From: Granulicella sp. | GTDB lineage: Bacteria > Acidobacteriota > Terriglobia > Terriglobales > Acidobacteriaceae | Assembly: GCA_027339965.1 (NCBI GenBank) | Contig: DAHWNL010000020.1 | Coordinates: forward strand, 1 to 38,420 | DNA length: 38,420 bases | Reading direction: 5' to 3' | Shown here: positions 8,976 through 19,088 of the stretch, piece after piece | Layout: each line of letters begins with the position of its first letter | Numbering within the stretch: position 1 is the first letter of the stretch | Notes under the pieces: generated by a model | Seen by the model: the letters and a program-made list of their open reading frames with translations, nothing else | The model's database searches: none | Told to the model about the DNA's origin: nothing | Made by a program: the position numbers and the translations under genes

Positions 8976-9869
8976 TCAGTCTTGCACGGTCAGCACCGGG
9001 CAGTGCGCCTGGGCCAGCACCTCCAGTGTTACCCCGCGCTTCACATGGGTTAGCAAGAAGCTATGCTTCCTGGGTTCCATCACAATCAGGTCCGCCTTGA
9101 TCTCTTCCGCCAGGGCAAGGATCGCCGGGGCGGAATCGCCGTGGACCAGCACCGGTTCGCATCTGGAATGGCTCAGCGGCGAATGCTCGATCCACCGTTC
9201 CAGATTCAGGCGAAGGTCCGCCTCCGATGGGGACTCGTCCCTTTCCTCTGGCCGGTTCGGGATGACGTGGCACACAAAGACCTTTGCCTTGTCATGCAAG
9301 GCCAACATCAGCACCGAACGCGCCGCCCTTTCGCTCTTGACGGCAAAGCCGGTTGCATACAAAATACGCTGGAAGGTTAGCGGGCCGTCGCCAGCTTCCG
9401 GGACGTTGGGACCCACGATCAGAACCGGACTTCTCGCATGCCGAATCAGTTCCTCCACCGTGGAGCCCAGCAACATCCGTTTGAGTTGTGGTTTGGATCG
9501 GCTTCCCATCACAATCAGGTCGGCAGACTTATTCTTCGCTGACTCCAGCAGCGCGCTCCATCCCGGCTTCACCATCGACAGCTCTGTCTTTACGGGGATC
9601 CCCGCCTCCGTAAACGCTGCGGCTAAGGACCGCAGCTTCGCTGAGCGCACCGCCAGCCGATCCTCCAGCGACCGCAAGCGCGGCTCCTGGTCATCCAGAT
9701 ACACGTCGGGATCAAAGACATGCACCAAATCTACTCGAGCTGAATGGCCTGCCGCCAACGCCCGGGCATAACTGGCCGCCCGCATCGTCACGGGCGAAAA
9801 GTCTGTGCCAAAGACGATGCGGTGCAGACGCTTGCCATTGGAGCCAACGTGCGCAACAGCCGATGCCAT
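8976..9869 (-). CDS. universal stress protein, tandem USP domains
   Basis: RIVFGTDFS...ADLIVMGSR...LLGSTVEELIRHARSPVLIV, then RILYATGF...ADLIVM...AHCPVLTV. Probable start ATG 9869 with an AGGAG SD. Confidence 0.9.
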   Translation of the reverse strand: MASAVAHVGSNGKRLHRIVFGTDFSPVTMRAASYARALAAGHSARVDLVHVFDPDVYLDDQEPRLRSLEDRLAVRSAKLRSLAAAFTEAGIPVKTELSMVKPGWSALLESAKNKSADLIVMGSRSKPQLKRMLLGSTVEELIRHARSPVLIVGPNVPEAGDGPLTFQRILYATGFAVKSERAARSVLMLALHDKAKVFVCHVIPNRPEERDESPSEADLRLNLERWIEHSPLSHSRCEPVLVHGDSAPAILALAEEIKADLIVMEPRKHSFLLTHVKRGVTLEVLAQAHCPVLTVQD

Positions 9870-10072
9870 AGGTTTGCGTCTCCTCCTCTGGCGAATTCCA
9901 CCCGACTTGGCCGCGGCGCGAGGATGGAGCTTCCATCTTCTCGGATGCGGAGCAAGATTCTCCGTAGTCCTCGTTCTGCAAAACAAAACCGGCGACCGCT
10001 GCAACGAAATCTCTAGCCCCGCTTGCACTGACCCTTGAGAGCATATTGAAAGATCCAGAGGCCCGGGAAGTA

Positions 10073-10088
10073 TGTGATTTTCGTCACT
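10073..10088. promoter_or_regulatory. putative CRP/FNR-family binding site
   Basis: TGTGA-TTTTCG-TCACT, a 9/10 match to TGTGA-N6-TCACA, in the divergent USP/phosphoesterase intergenic region. Confidence 0.45.
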
Positions 10089-10300
10089 TGGACGCAGGGG
10101 CCGGCCAGGAGTCTTTGGACAGAAACTCTGTTCTATCAGCGAGTTCCTTGTCGACGGCCGCAACGCGCCTACGATCGAATCCTTCCGCCTTCATCCCGTT
10201 AGCGGCCGGTGCAGACGAAGCCCCCCCGCAGGTTCGCGATAGAGTGGGAGCGTACTGGAATCTTCACGCTCCTGAAACCGCGAAGGGGGACGATAGACTC

Positions 10301-13210
10301 GTGACCAAACATTCGTTGCTCCATGGCTACCTGCTGTTTCTTCTCTCCACGCTCTGTGCCGCTCAGACGGCGATCCAGCTTCCTTCCAGCAAGGAGATCA
10401 TGGCTCCGGTTCCAGGACGGCCCAAGCCGCTCAATAGCCTGCCCATGACCGCAGCCTGGTCGCCGGATCATCGCTACCTGGCGCTGGTCAATGCGGGCTT
10501 TGGCACAGCGCAGTCGAACTACGATCAGTCCATTGCCGTTCTCGATACTGTGACGGGAAGGCTCATGGACTTTCCCGACCCGCGCACAGCGATTCATGCA
10601 CCCCAGACCATGTACTCCGGCATTGCTTTCTCTGGTGATGGCAGGCATCTTTATGTCAGCTTCGATTCCCTTACCGTTCCTGACGGTGTACCCATCAACC
10701 GGCCCCCGCATCCCTCCCGGCGGCAAGAGCAACTGTCGACGCCTACCGGCAATGCTGTCGCCGTCTATCGCTTTTCGCAAGCCAAGGAGGCCGCCGAGCC
10801 CTTGCTGCAGCCGGAGCGTTTGATCCATATACCTCTGCGCCTGCTCAGCGGCGGCCAGAAGCAGCACCACGGACCCCTGAAGCTGCCGCACGATCAAGCT
10901 CTCCCCGCGCCTGCCGGCCTGGCCGTCATCCCTGGCGATGCTTCCAACCCGGAAGAGATTCTGGTTGCAGATGAGTACTCGGATGACGCTGTTCTGCTCA
11001 ACTCTGTCACAGGCCGGCTCATCACTCGCTTCGACCTTTCATCCGGGCCAACCATTCCCAGCACTTACCCGATCGCTGTGGTCGCGGATCATACGGGCCA
11101 CCGCGCCTGGGTTTCGGAGTGGAACGGCTCTGCCGTGGTGGAACTCAATCTGCAGACCGGCAGGGTCGCCCAGACGCTTTCGCTGCTGCCGCCGGCGCGA
11201 AAGACTGACCCAAGTTCGCACCCGGTGGCCATGGCCCTGAGCCCGGACGGCAAGACCCTCTTTGTAGCGCTGGCCAATCGTGACGAAGTTGCCGCGGTGC
11301 TGGTCGCGGGCGACCGGATGCTCCTGGGCGGCTTCTACGATACGCGTCTGCCGGGCCAGACGCTGTTCGGCGCTATGCCCGACGGTGTGGCTGTCTCCCC
11401 GGATGGCAAGACGCTTTATGTCGTCAACTCCGGCTCCGATGCCGTCGCTCTGTTTGATCTCACCGGCACTCTTCAACCGCATCACAGCGGCAAACCGCTT
11501 GGATTCATCCCCACGGAGTGGTACCCCACCGCCGTCGCCGCCAGTGCTGCCCATCTCTACGTCGCCACCGGCAAAGGCAAAGGTACCGGGCCTAACGCCA
11601 TGCCGCAAGCGGAGCCGGCCCACGCCGCGCCGGGTGCGCATCCAACCGGTCCACAGCGGCCGCATACTTATATTGCCACGCTGCTGTGCGGCTCTCTGGC
11701 GTCCATCGATATCGCCAAGGCGCGTTCGGAACTTCCTGAACTGACCCGTCAGGTGCTGCTGAGCAACCGGATGAACGTTGCTCCCGAAGCGCTTCACTTT
11801 CAGTCGGGGAAGAACCCGATCCGGCATGTGATTTACATCATCAAGGAGAACCGGACCTACGATCAGATTCTGGGGGATCTTGGCGTGGGCAACGGAGATC
11901 CGGCCCTGACCATGTATGGCTGGAAGATCACTCCCAACGAACACAAACTCGCCTTGCAGTTCGGCGTTCTGGATAACTTTGACGACTCCGGAGAGGTCTC
12001 CGGCGATGGACATGTCTGGTCTACCGCCGCCATCAACAGCGACTACCTGGAGCGCACCTGGCAGATCGGCTACCGCGGCAGCGAGCGCGTCTACGACTTC
12101 GAAGGCGTCGTCGAAGGGGGCTACCCGCTGTGGGAGCATATTCCCGATGTCGATGCGCCAGAAAGCGGTTATATGTGGGGCGATCTGGCGCGCCACCACA
12201 TCTCCTACTTCCACTTTGCGGAGTTCATCTCCACCCAGTGGTGCAACGCCACCGGAGCGCCCGCGACCTGGCCACAATCCGGGCAGCTAGGCACGCCGGA
12301 GGGTACTCACTACTGCAAGCATCCTTACATCCAGCCCGGACAGCCCATTCCGGCCAACTACGGTGGGGGCGCTAACCCCTATGCCTGGCCGATACCGCTT
12401 ATCCATCAAAACATCGCCACCCAAGCGGCGCTGGTGGGGCACTTCGATCCGCTTTATCCTGACTTCGGCCTGCAGTTCCCAGATCAGCTTCGCGTCAATG
12501 AGTTCATGAATTACTTCCACCGCTGGGTCTCTGGTCTGGGCAGCGGGGCCGATATCATGCCCTCCTTCGTCATGCTGCGCCTGCCGGATGACCACACCGC
12601 CGGGACTCGGCCCGGATCGCCCACGCCGCAGGCTTCGGTGGCCGATAATGATCTGGCCGTGGGACGGGTTGTAGACGCAGTTTCTCACTCGCCGTACTGG
12701 AACAATACGGCGATCTTCATCCTGGAGGACGACGCTCAGGATGGCGCCGACCACGTCGATGCCCACCGTTCCATTGCTTTCGTCATCAGCAAGTACGCCC
12801 CACACCCGGCCAAGCCCTTTGTGGATAGCCGTTATTACACCACGGTCAGTACGGTGCATACGATCCTCACCTTGCTGGGGGCGCCGCCGATGAATCATAA
12901 CGATGCTCTGGCCCCGCTCGAATCGCCGGAGTTCAGCGGTGCCGGCGATCAGCCGCCCTATCATGTGGATGATCGCAACCAGAAGAACGGTCTCATTTAC
13001 CAGGCCAACACCGTGCGCTCCTATGGAGCCAAAGAGTCGGCCCGCATGGACTTCGACCATGAGGACCGGGCTCCGGTCCGGGAGCTCAACATCATCCTCT
13101 GGAAGCAGGCTATGGGCAACAAGCCCGTTCCCTATCTGCTCCTGCATCCGTACGCGCCCCGCGACGGCAAGACAGACAAGGATGACGACGACCAGGGCGG
13201 CGGAAACTGA
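10301..13210 (+). CDS. secreted YncE/YVTN beta-propeller plus phosphoesterase (alkaline-phosphatase superfamily) protein
   Basis: Propeller repeats (LSPDGKTLFVA, VSPDGKTLYVVN) followed by HVIYIIKENRTYD, DHT, EDDAQDGADHVDAHR. GTG start at 10301 after AAGGGGGA. Confidence 0.88.
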   Translation: MTKHSLLHGYLLFLLSTLCAAQTAIQLPSSKEIMAPVPGRPKPLNSLPMTAAWSPDHRYLALVNAGFGTAQSNYDQSIAVLDTVTGRLMDFPDPRTAIHAPQTMYSGIAFSGDGRHLYVSFDSLTVPDGVPINRPPHPSRRQEQLSTPTGNAVAVYRFSQAKEAAEPLLQPERLIHIPLRLLSGGQKQHHGPLKLPHDQALPAPAGLAVIPGDASNPEEILVADEYSDDAVLLNSVTGRLITRFDLSSGPTIPSTYPIAVVADHTGHRAWVSEWNGSAVVELNLQTGRVAQTLSLLPPARKTDPSSHPVAMALSPDGKTLFVALANRDEVAAVLVAGDRMLLGGFYDTRLPGQTLFGAMPDGVAVSPDGKTLYVVNSGSDAVALFDLTGTLQPHHSGKPLGFIPTEWYPTAVAASAAHLYVATGKGKGTGPNAMPQAEPAHAAPGAHPTGPQRPHTYIATLLCGSLASIDIAKARSELPELTRQVLLSNRMNVAPEALHFQSGKNPIRHVIYIIKENRTYDQILGDLGVGNGDPALTMYGWKITPNEHKLALQFGVLDNFDDSGEVSGDGHVWSTAAINSDYLERTWQIGYRGSERVYDFEGVVEGGYPLWEHIPDVDAPESGYMWGDLARHHISYFHFAEFISTQWCNATGAPATWPQSGQLGTPEGTHYCKHPYIQPGQPIPANYGGGANPYAWPIPLIHQNIATQAALVGHFDPLYPDFGLQFPDQLRVNEFMNYFHRWVSGLGSGADIMPSFVMLRLPDDHTAGTRPGSPTPQASVADNDLAVGRVVDAVSHSPYWNNTAIFILEDDAQDGADHVDAHRSIAFVISKYAPHPAKPFVDSRYYTTVSTVHTILTLLGAPPMNHNDALAPLESPEFSGAGDQPPYHVDDRNQKNGLIYQANTVRSYGAKESARMDFDHEDRAPVRELNIILWKQAMGNKPVPYLLLHPYAPRDGKTDKDDDDQGGGN

Positions 13211-13289
13211 GGGAAGGCGGCCAAGGATCTGGCCGGAGGATTGGCGTTCGAAAAGCCGCGCGGAAGCGCCGGAACGAAGCCTCGGACGA

Positions 13290-13318
13290 TTGCCATTTTC
13301 CGCCGTCCGGGAGATACT
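13290..13318 (+). promoter_or_regulatory. sigma70-type promoter of tRNA-Gly
   Basis: TTGCCA-17 nt-GATACT about 60 nt upstream of the tRNA. Confidence 0.55.
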
Positions 13319-13377
13319 CTGAGTGGCGAGTTGTTTTGTCCGGCATCGATCCCTGACCTGAAGAGGGGATCCTGTAG

Positions 13378-13452
13378 GCGGGAGTAGTTCAGTGGCAGAA
13401 CGTCAGCTTCCCAAGCTGAATGTCGCCGGTTCGATCCCGGTCTCCCGCTCCA
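13378..13452 (+). tRNA. tRNA-Gly (anticodon CCC)
   Basis: GCGGGAG/CTCCCGC acceptor stem, GTTC/GAAC D arm, TCAGC-TTCCCAA-GCTGA anticodon arm, TTCGATC T loop, encoded CCA. Confidence 0.97.
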
Positions 13453-13476
13453 GTGCAGCCGCTGGCTATCAAGCTT

Positions 13477-13594
13477 CTAAAGCGTTTTCAGTGCAGGTGT
13501 AACGCGACGCCTCGACCTCCATGGGAGTTTTCCCCAATGAAAGCGCCACTGCACGCCCTCTCCGGTGTACCCATCAACACTGAAAATGCTACAT
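13477..13594 (+). mobile_element. 118-bp MITE-like repeat, copy A
   Basis: Terminal IRs AGCGTTTTCAGTG / CACTGAAAATGCT; 110/118 identical (hand count) to 25591-25708; 24 nt downstream of the tRNA. Confidence 0.85.
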
Positions 13595-13695
13595 CTGATT
13601 GCTGATCGGTCTTCCAGCGCCGTGCCCACAGGAACGAAGCCGATTCGAGGAACCCTGTTTGCAGCAGTGAACTTGTTCGGAACAATTGCAGGCAG

Positions 13696-13729
13696 AAAAA
13701 GTCGCAGCCGCCTTCCAGCACGGCCGCGG
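13696..13729 (-). terminator. intrinsic terminator of ctpA
   Basis: Minus strand CGCGGCCG-loop-CGGCTGCG followed by ACTTTTT, 60 nt after the stop. Confidence 0.6.
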
Positions 13730-13788
13730 TTGGGTGGCCCGCACCCCGCACCTAATCAACCGGGTTTCGCCGCCTAACGCCGCCTCGG

Positions 13789-15402
13789 CTATTTGGCGCT
13801 GGCGGTCTGCACCTTCTGCTCGCCGGGTAGCTGATGGTTTTCCAAGGCGAGCGCCTGGGGCATGTACGAAAGCGCCGCATTCACCTGTGGATCCCACTCG
13901 GTGATGACCTCATCCCCGGCCGCCTGGCCAAACTGAGAGGTAAACAACTCGGTTTTGATCTGAACTTTCACCCAGTCCAGGTTGTCGGCAAACTCTTTAT
14001 CGGTGAATGGAATCTTCTGCGCCTTCAGATAATCTTTGAACTGTTGCAAAAGCGCATCATCCACCACCAGATCTCGGCTCACGGTATGGTTGGCCAGGTA
14101 ATGGCTGCTGAAGTCGAAGAACGCATAGTGCAGCAATAACTCGTCCTGGAAGTGATTGCTCTTCAGCTCAGGGATCCGCTCATCCGGCGTGATGCCGCCC
14201 CCGCCATAGACCACGCGCCCCGCATCCGTGTGTTCCACCTCTTTGTTGGTGGTATTGGCAGGCAAGGCGTCGTTGCGCACGTAGTAGTAATCATAGAGCG
14301 AAACTCCGTTGTAGTTCCGCTGAATCAACCGTCCGGAGGGGGTGTAGTAGTGGTAGGTGGTCAGAGCCAGGCCGCTGTCCTCAGCAATGGGGAAGACGGT
14401 CTGTACCAGTCCCTTGCCAAAGGTGGTCTCACCCACAATCAGAGCGCGGTCATGGTCCTGTAACGCGCCGGAGATGATCTCCGCGGCAGAGGCGGTGTTG
14501 CGGTTTACAAGAACCACAATTGGGTAGGTTGCGGTGGATCCGGTTGGCACTGTGTAAACCTGATCCGGGAAGACGCCCTTGCGGGCCCGCTGCGAGACCA
14601 CGACCTGACCCTTGCGCAGGAACTTGTCGCAGACATCGACGGCCTGGTTCAACAGCCCCCCGGGATTGTCGCGCAGATCGATCAGCAGCCCCTTCAGATT
14701 GGGGCCAAAGCCGTTCAGCGCATCCTGCACCTCCTGGGAGGTGGTCTCCATCTCGCCGGTGATTCGGATATAACCGATCCCCGGCCGGATCATGAACGCC
14801 AGCGGTACGGACTTGTCTGGAATCTCCTCCCGCACCAGGTTGAACTCAAGCGGCTTGGCAAACCCTTCCCGGGACATGGAAACGGAAACGTGCGTGCCGC
14901 GTGGCCCCTTGAGCAGATTCGCCACCTGCGTTGTGCTGATGTGGCCGATCGGCTTCCCATCCACCGCCAGGATGACGTCACCGGGCCGGATGCCGGCGCG
15001 AAAAGCCGGAGTGCCTTCAATGGGCGCCACCACCACCACCTTGCCGTTCTGTTCCACAATTCGCATGCCAACGCCGAAGTACTTGCCGCTCTGTTCCTGG
15101 CGCATCTCCGCATAGGCCTTGGGATCGTAGAAGTTGGAGTGGGGGTCCAGCACGTGCAGCATGCCCGGGATCGCCCCGTCATAGATCGTCTTGTCCACCT
15201 GATCCTGGTTCAATTTGTCCGCATAATTGGACTCGACCAAGGCGTAGACGCTGGTGAACTGCTTCATCGAGCTGCGCAACTGCGACTCATCTGAAGCGGA
15301 TTGCGCAGCCACCCGGCCACCGGCGAGAGATCCTGCAAAACCGCAGGCCGTCAAAAAAATCGTGGCCGAAAACAGCGCTCGACGCATTGGAGAAGAGATC
15401 AT
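13789..15402 (-). CDS. ctpA: S41A carboxyl-terminal processing protease
   Basis: LDPHS, PDZ domain (GVGMRI..GIRPGDVI), DLRDNPGG, TASAAEI (catalytic Ser), TTFGKG (catalytic Lys), YYTPSGR. Confidence 0.95.
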   Translation of the reverse strand: MISSPMRRALFSATIFLTACGFAGSLAGGRVAAQSASDESQLRSSMKQFTSVYALVESNYADKLNQDQVDKTIYDGAIPGMLHVLDPHSNFYDPKAYAEMRQEQSGKYFGVGMRIVEQNGKVVVVAPIEGTPAFRAGIRPGDVILAVDGKPIGHISTTQVANLLKGPRGTHVSVSMSREGFAKPLEFNLVREEIPDKSVPLAFMIRPGIGYIRITGEMETTSQEVQDALNGFGPNLKGLLIDLRDNPGGLLNQAVDVCDKFLRKGQVVVSQRARKGVFPDQVYTVPTGSTATYPIVVLVNRNTASAAEIISGALQDHDRALIVGETTFGKGLVQTVFPIAEDSGLALTTYHYYTPSGRLIQRNYNGVSLYDYYYVRNDALPANTTNKEVEHTDAGRVVYGGGGITPDERIPELKSNHFQDELLLHYAFFDFSSHYLANHTVSRDLVVDDALLQQFKDYLKAQKIPFTDKEFADNLDWVKVQIKTELFTSQFGQAAGDEVITEWDPQVNAALSYMPQALALENHQLPGEQKVQTASAK

Positions 15403-15715
15403 GGAAGTGAGCGAACCTCAGGTGAATCAACGGCAGGACCTGCTTGCGGGCAGAACCCCTCTATTGGACGGAGTATAGCATCGCCGCGGTAGCCGGCACC
15501 TGCGATCGAGGCGAGCGGTCCGTCTCGAAAGGGCCTCCGCCCCGGCCCGAAGCCCGTGGCATGGTTGTCCAACAGCGCGTCTGGCCGATTGCCCACAAGA
15601 GCTTCCGCGCGGGTAGAATAGGGGAGTCAGATAACTCTTACCCAGCTGCGCAGTCAAATCTCTTATGGAGCAGATGGGCGCGGACCGAGTACAAGTGTAT
15701 CTGCATAAGGAACGG

Positions 15716-17647
15716 ATGACCGAGAAGCTAACACGTACCAAACTCCATCACCGGCTGCCTGTCGTCGCCGGCATTGTAGCCACCCTTCTTCTTGCTGCTG
15801 TGGCCGGCAAAGGGACTGCGGCCGGGGCGCAGGCACAGCAAGCCGCCGATCCGGCTATGGGGACCAACTTCGAGCCCACCTCCAATCTGACGCTTTTACC
15901 GCTGCCGGCTCCTACGCCGATCACGCCGGGCGGAACGGTCGTGGAGGATGCGATCGCCCGCATCAACGACCAGGTGATCACGCGCACCGAGTACGAGGCC
16001 GCTGAACAGCAGCTTCTTCAGCAGGCGCGTCAGGAAAACATCTCGCAGGCAGAGATGGATGACCGCCTGAATAATCTGCTTCGGGACATGATTGATGAGC
16101 AACTGCTGCTCTCCAAGGGCAAGGAGCTGGGCATTACCGCGGATGCGGAGACGATGCGGGAGCTGGACGACATCCGCAAGCGCAACAACCTTCCGTCTAT
16201 GGAAGCTCTGGAAAAGGCGGCCGCTCAGCAGGGCGTCTCCTTTGAAGATTTCAAGCAGCACATTCGGGAACAGCTCATCCGTCAGCAGGTGGTCCGCGAC
16301 CAGGTGGGTAGCCACCTGGATATGACCCATGCAGACGAACTTGCTTACTACAATGCGCACAAGCAGGACTTCATGGTCCCGGAAGAGGTGCACCTGAGCG
16401 AGATTCTGATTCCCACGCCAGACAATCCCACCCAGGCCCAGATCAACGCAGCTCAGTCCCGTGCCGATGATCTGGCGGCCAAGCTCAAGGCCGGTTCCAA
16501 CTTTGCCGCGCTGGCTCGTCAGTATTCCGGCGGTCCCACGGCATCTGCCGGTGGCGACCTGGGAGACTTCAAGCGCGGCACCCTGGGCGACGTCCTGGAG
16601 AATGCCACCTTCCCGCTTCCGGTTGGCGCCAATACGCCGCCGATCCGCACCCGGCAGGGATTTGTGATTCTGCATGTTGATGCCCACCAGAACTCAGGTG
16701 TTCCGCCGCTGTCGGCAATCGAAGAGAAGGTCCAGGAAGCGATGTACTTCTCTGAGTTGCAACCGGCTCTTCGTGCTTATCTGACCAAGCTCCGCTCGCA
16801 GGCCTACATCCAGATCGCTCCCGGCTTTGTGGACACAGGAGCCCCTGCTGTAAAGCCCACGATGGAGATCGCTTACACCGCTTACGATGCCCCCAAGCTC
16901 AAGAAGAAGGTTTTGAAAAAGCAGCGGCTGGAACAAGAGAAGGCCAACCGTGCCCAGCAGGAACTGGCTTCCGCGCGCGAGCGCCTGGCGGAAAAGAAGG
17001 CGGAACGCGCCGCCAAGATTGAAGGCAAGGCCGGGCAGAAGGTTGATTTCAACTTCAAGCGCCATAAAATACGCCGCGAGAAGATTCGCTACGGCCAGGC
17101 GCCAGAGAATTCTCTCTCGGATGCCACGACGGAGACCGCTGCTGTTAGTTCCACTGGGTCGGCCGTCAGCGGAGCCGCCCCTGGTCAGGTGCTTGCCTCC
17201 GATGAAGATGCCGACTCCACCATCACCACTGGCAGTGGAGAGGAAGATCAAGGCATAGCCGATCCCTTTACTCCCAAGGTGGTTCCGCACAAGAAGTTCC
17301 GCTACTCGGAACTTGAATCCGAAGCCGAGGAGCATCACGACCAGAAGATGCTTGCTGAGGCTGAGGCCAGGGCAAAGACGCGGCCGATCGTAGCCACCCC
17401 AAAAGAGAGCGTCGCGGAGAAAGTGCAGTCCGCTCCCCTCGGGCTGGATGGCGATACAGTTCACAAAAAAAAGAAGCCCAAGCACTCCAAGAGTCCCAAG
17501 CGCAACAGGAATCAACCCAAGGAGCGCATGAGGGAAAAGCAGAAGCCCAAGCAGCAGGCGACGCCCAGCACGATCGCTCCTACCGTGAACCCGGAGCTTT
17601 CCGCCCCGATCGCTCCCGCCCCTTCGGGCAATGCGGCGGCTCAGTAA
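15716..17647 (+). CDS. SurA-like periplasmic chaperone / parvulin PPIase with long charged C-terminal tail
   Basis: Signal peptide, SurA_N (IARINDQVIT), rotamase domain (VHLSEILI..FAALARQYS..GGDLG). ATG 15716 follows AAGGA. Confidence 0.88.
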   Translation: MTEKLTRTKLHHRLPVVAGIVATLLLAAVAGKGTAAGAQAQQAADPAMGTNFEPTSNLTLLPLPAPTPITPGGTVVEDAIARINDQVITRTEYEAAEQQLLQQARQENISQAEMDDRLNNLLRDMIDEQLLLSKGKELGITADAETMRELDDIRKRNNLPSMEALEKAAAQQGVSFEDFKQHIREQLIRQQVVRDQVGSHLDMTHADELAYYNAHKQDFMVPEEVHLSEILIPTPDNPTQAQINAAQSRADDLAAKLKAGSNFAALARQYSGGPTASAGGDLGDFKRGTLGDVLENATFPLPVGANTPPIRTRQGFVILHVDAHQNSGVPPLSAIEEKVQEAMYFSELQPALRAYLTKLRSQAYIQIAPGFVDTGAPAVKPTMEIAYTAYDAPKLKKKVLKKQRLEQEKANRAQQELASARERLAEKKAERAAKIEGKAGQKVDFNFKRHKIRREKIRYGQAPENSLSDATTETAAVSSTGSAVSGAAPGQVLASDEDADSTITTGSGEEDQGIADPFTPKVVPHKKFRYSELESEAEEHHDQKMLAEAEARAKTRPIVATPKESVAEKVQSAPLGLDGDTVHKKKKPKHSKSPKRNRNQPKERMREKQKPKQQATPSTIAPTVNPELSAPIAPAPSGNAAAQ

Positions 17648-17766
17648 TCACGTCGGAGACAGGATCACGAACACTATCTGAGAGCGGCAGCCAACGGATG
17701 TTCGTCCCGATCGCCGTTTTCTGGTTTCCTGCGGCTGACCGTTTCAGGTTTGGTTGTCGTATCCTC

Positions 17767-17800
17767 GTGTTCTGCTCATGAAAGTGTTCTGCTCATGAAA
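17767..17800 (+). repeat. perfect 17-bp tandem duplication spanning the yhaM start
   Basis: GTGTTCTGCTCATGAAA twice (17767-17783 and 17784-17800). Confidence 0.9.
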
Positions 17801-18847
17801 GAGTTCTTCATAGCCGACTCCGCACGGTTTGAAAACCAGTCCATCACCGGTTTCTTCCTGGTGACTGCCATCAGCGCCCGAGATCGGAAGGGTGGCGGTC
17901 AATACCTTGCTCTCACCCTTGCCGATAAGAGTGGCTTATTGGAAGCCCGCATGTGGGATGACTTTGCCGAAGCTCTCCAAGCCTGCTCTGTGGGCAGCTA
18001 TGTCAAGGCCCAGGGACAGATCTCGAAGTACCAAGGCAAGCACCAGATCACCATCTCCAAACTTCGCCTGGCCAATCCCACCGAGGTCGACCCGGGCGAT
18101 TTTGTTCCTACGACCCGGTATGAGATTCCTGCCATGGCGGCCGAACTGCGCGGTTACGTAGACGCCTTTGGCAATACCCACCTCCGCCGTCTGGTTCTGG
18201 CCTTTCTGGATGACCCTCAGATTGGCCCTGCGTTCCGGGAGGCGCCGGCCGCCAAACGTCTTCACCACGCCTGGATCGGGGGATTGCTGGAGCATGTCCT
18301 GCTCCTCGTTCGTCTCTGCCGGGCCACCGTGCCTTTCTATCCGGAAGTTGATCCCGACCTGCTGGTGGCCGGCGCCATCCTGCATGATATGGGCAAGATC
18401 CGCGAGCTAAGCTGGGCCAGCGCCTTTGGCTACACGCTGGAAGGTCAGCTCCTTGGCCATATCTCGATCGCCCAGAGAATGCTCGAGCAGAAGATCGCCG
18501 CGCTCAATGCTGAAGCGGCTCTTGATCCCAAGGCGGAGGAGTTTCCTCCCCAGCTCCGTATACTCCTTGAGCATATGATCCTTTCTCATCATGGCAAGCT
18601 CGAGTTCGGGTCGCCCAAACTTCCCATGACACCCGAGGCGATGCTGCTCAGCGCTTTAGATGACCTTGAGGCCAAGTTTCAGGCTCTTCGCAATGAGTTC
18701 GCCGACGCTCAGGCTGCCGGTCGTGGTCCAGACGAACTCACGGAATGGGTTCGCAGCATGGACCGTCCTCTCTTCAACTCTCGTGCATGGCTCGCTGCCA
18801 TGCAAAGCAGGGAAGAGCGGAGCGGCGAAGCGAAGAACAGAGATTGA
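17795..18847 (+). CDS. yhaM: 3'-5' exoribonuclease YhaM family (OB fold + HD domain)
   Basis: OB fold (YLALTLADKSG.LEARMWD), PAAKRLHHAWIGGLLEH, LHDMGK, HMILSHHG.LEFGSP. Confidence 0.88.
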   Translation: MKEFFIADSARFENQSITGFFLVTAISARDRKGGGQYLALTLADKSGLLEARMWDDFAEALQACSVGSYVKAQGQISKYQGKHQITISKLRLANPTEVDPGDFVPTTRYEIPAMAAELRGYVDAFGNTHLRRLVLAFLDDPQIGPAFREAPAAKRLHHAWIGGLLEHVLLLVRLCRATVPFYPEVDPDLLVAGAILHDMGKIRELSWASAFGYTLEGQLLGHISIAQRMLEQKIAALNAEAALDPKAEEFPPQLRILLEHMILSHHGKLEFGSPKLPMTPEAMLLSALDDLEAKFQALRNEFADAQAAGRGPDELTEWVRSMDRPLFNSRAWLAAMQSREERSGEAKNRD

Positions 18848-19074
18848 GGAAACGACCAAAGTGGAAAGAGAGTGGTTCGCTCCTCGAGATCATGGAGGGC
18901 GTCCGGATCCGGGCCTCAAGCCCCAGCAAGGTAGCCGTACCGGAGCCGCGAAACTCCGTATCGCGCAGACCAACCTGCTGAGGAGTTCGAAGAGGCGGGA
19001 GGATCTGTCCTCGAACTCCGGCCGGCGGAGCGCGGCTCCCCGGAGAATGGCGCAGAGCGGTAGCCGACGGCCTT

Positions 19075-19080
19075 TATAAT
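19075..19080 (+). promoter_or_regulatory. perfect -10 box just upstream of the aroC start (likely leaderless transcript)
   Basis: TATAAT followed by 8 nt and then the ATG; no SD sequence. Confidence 0.6.
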
Positions 19081-19088
19081 CAGGGTCG

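Noticed and set aside
13378..13790. tRNA-Gly as an integration site for a genomic island
   Set aside because: No integrase and no duplicated tRNA 3' end were seen; flanking genes are housekeeping.
18982..19019. GGAGTTCGA...TCGAACTCC hairpin between yhaM and aroC as an ncRNA
   Set aside because: A single hairpin with no U-tract or recognisable family motif; insufficient support.
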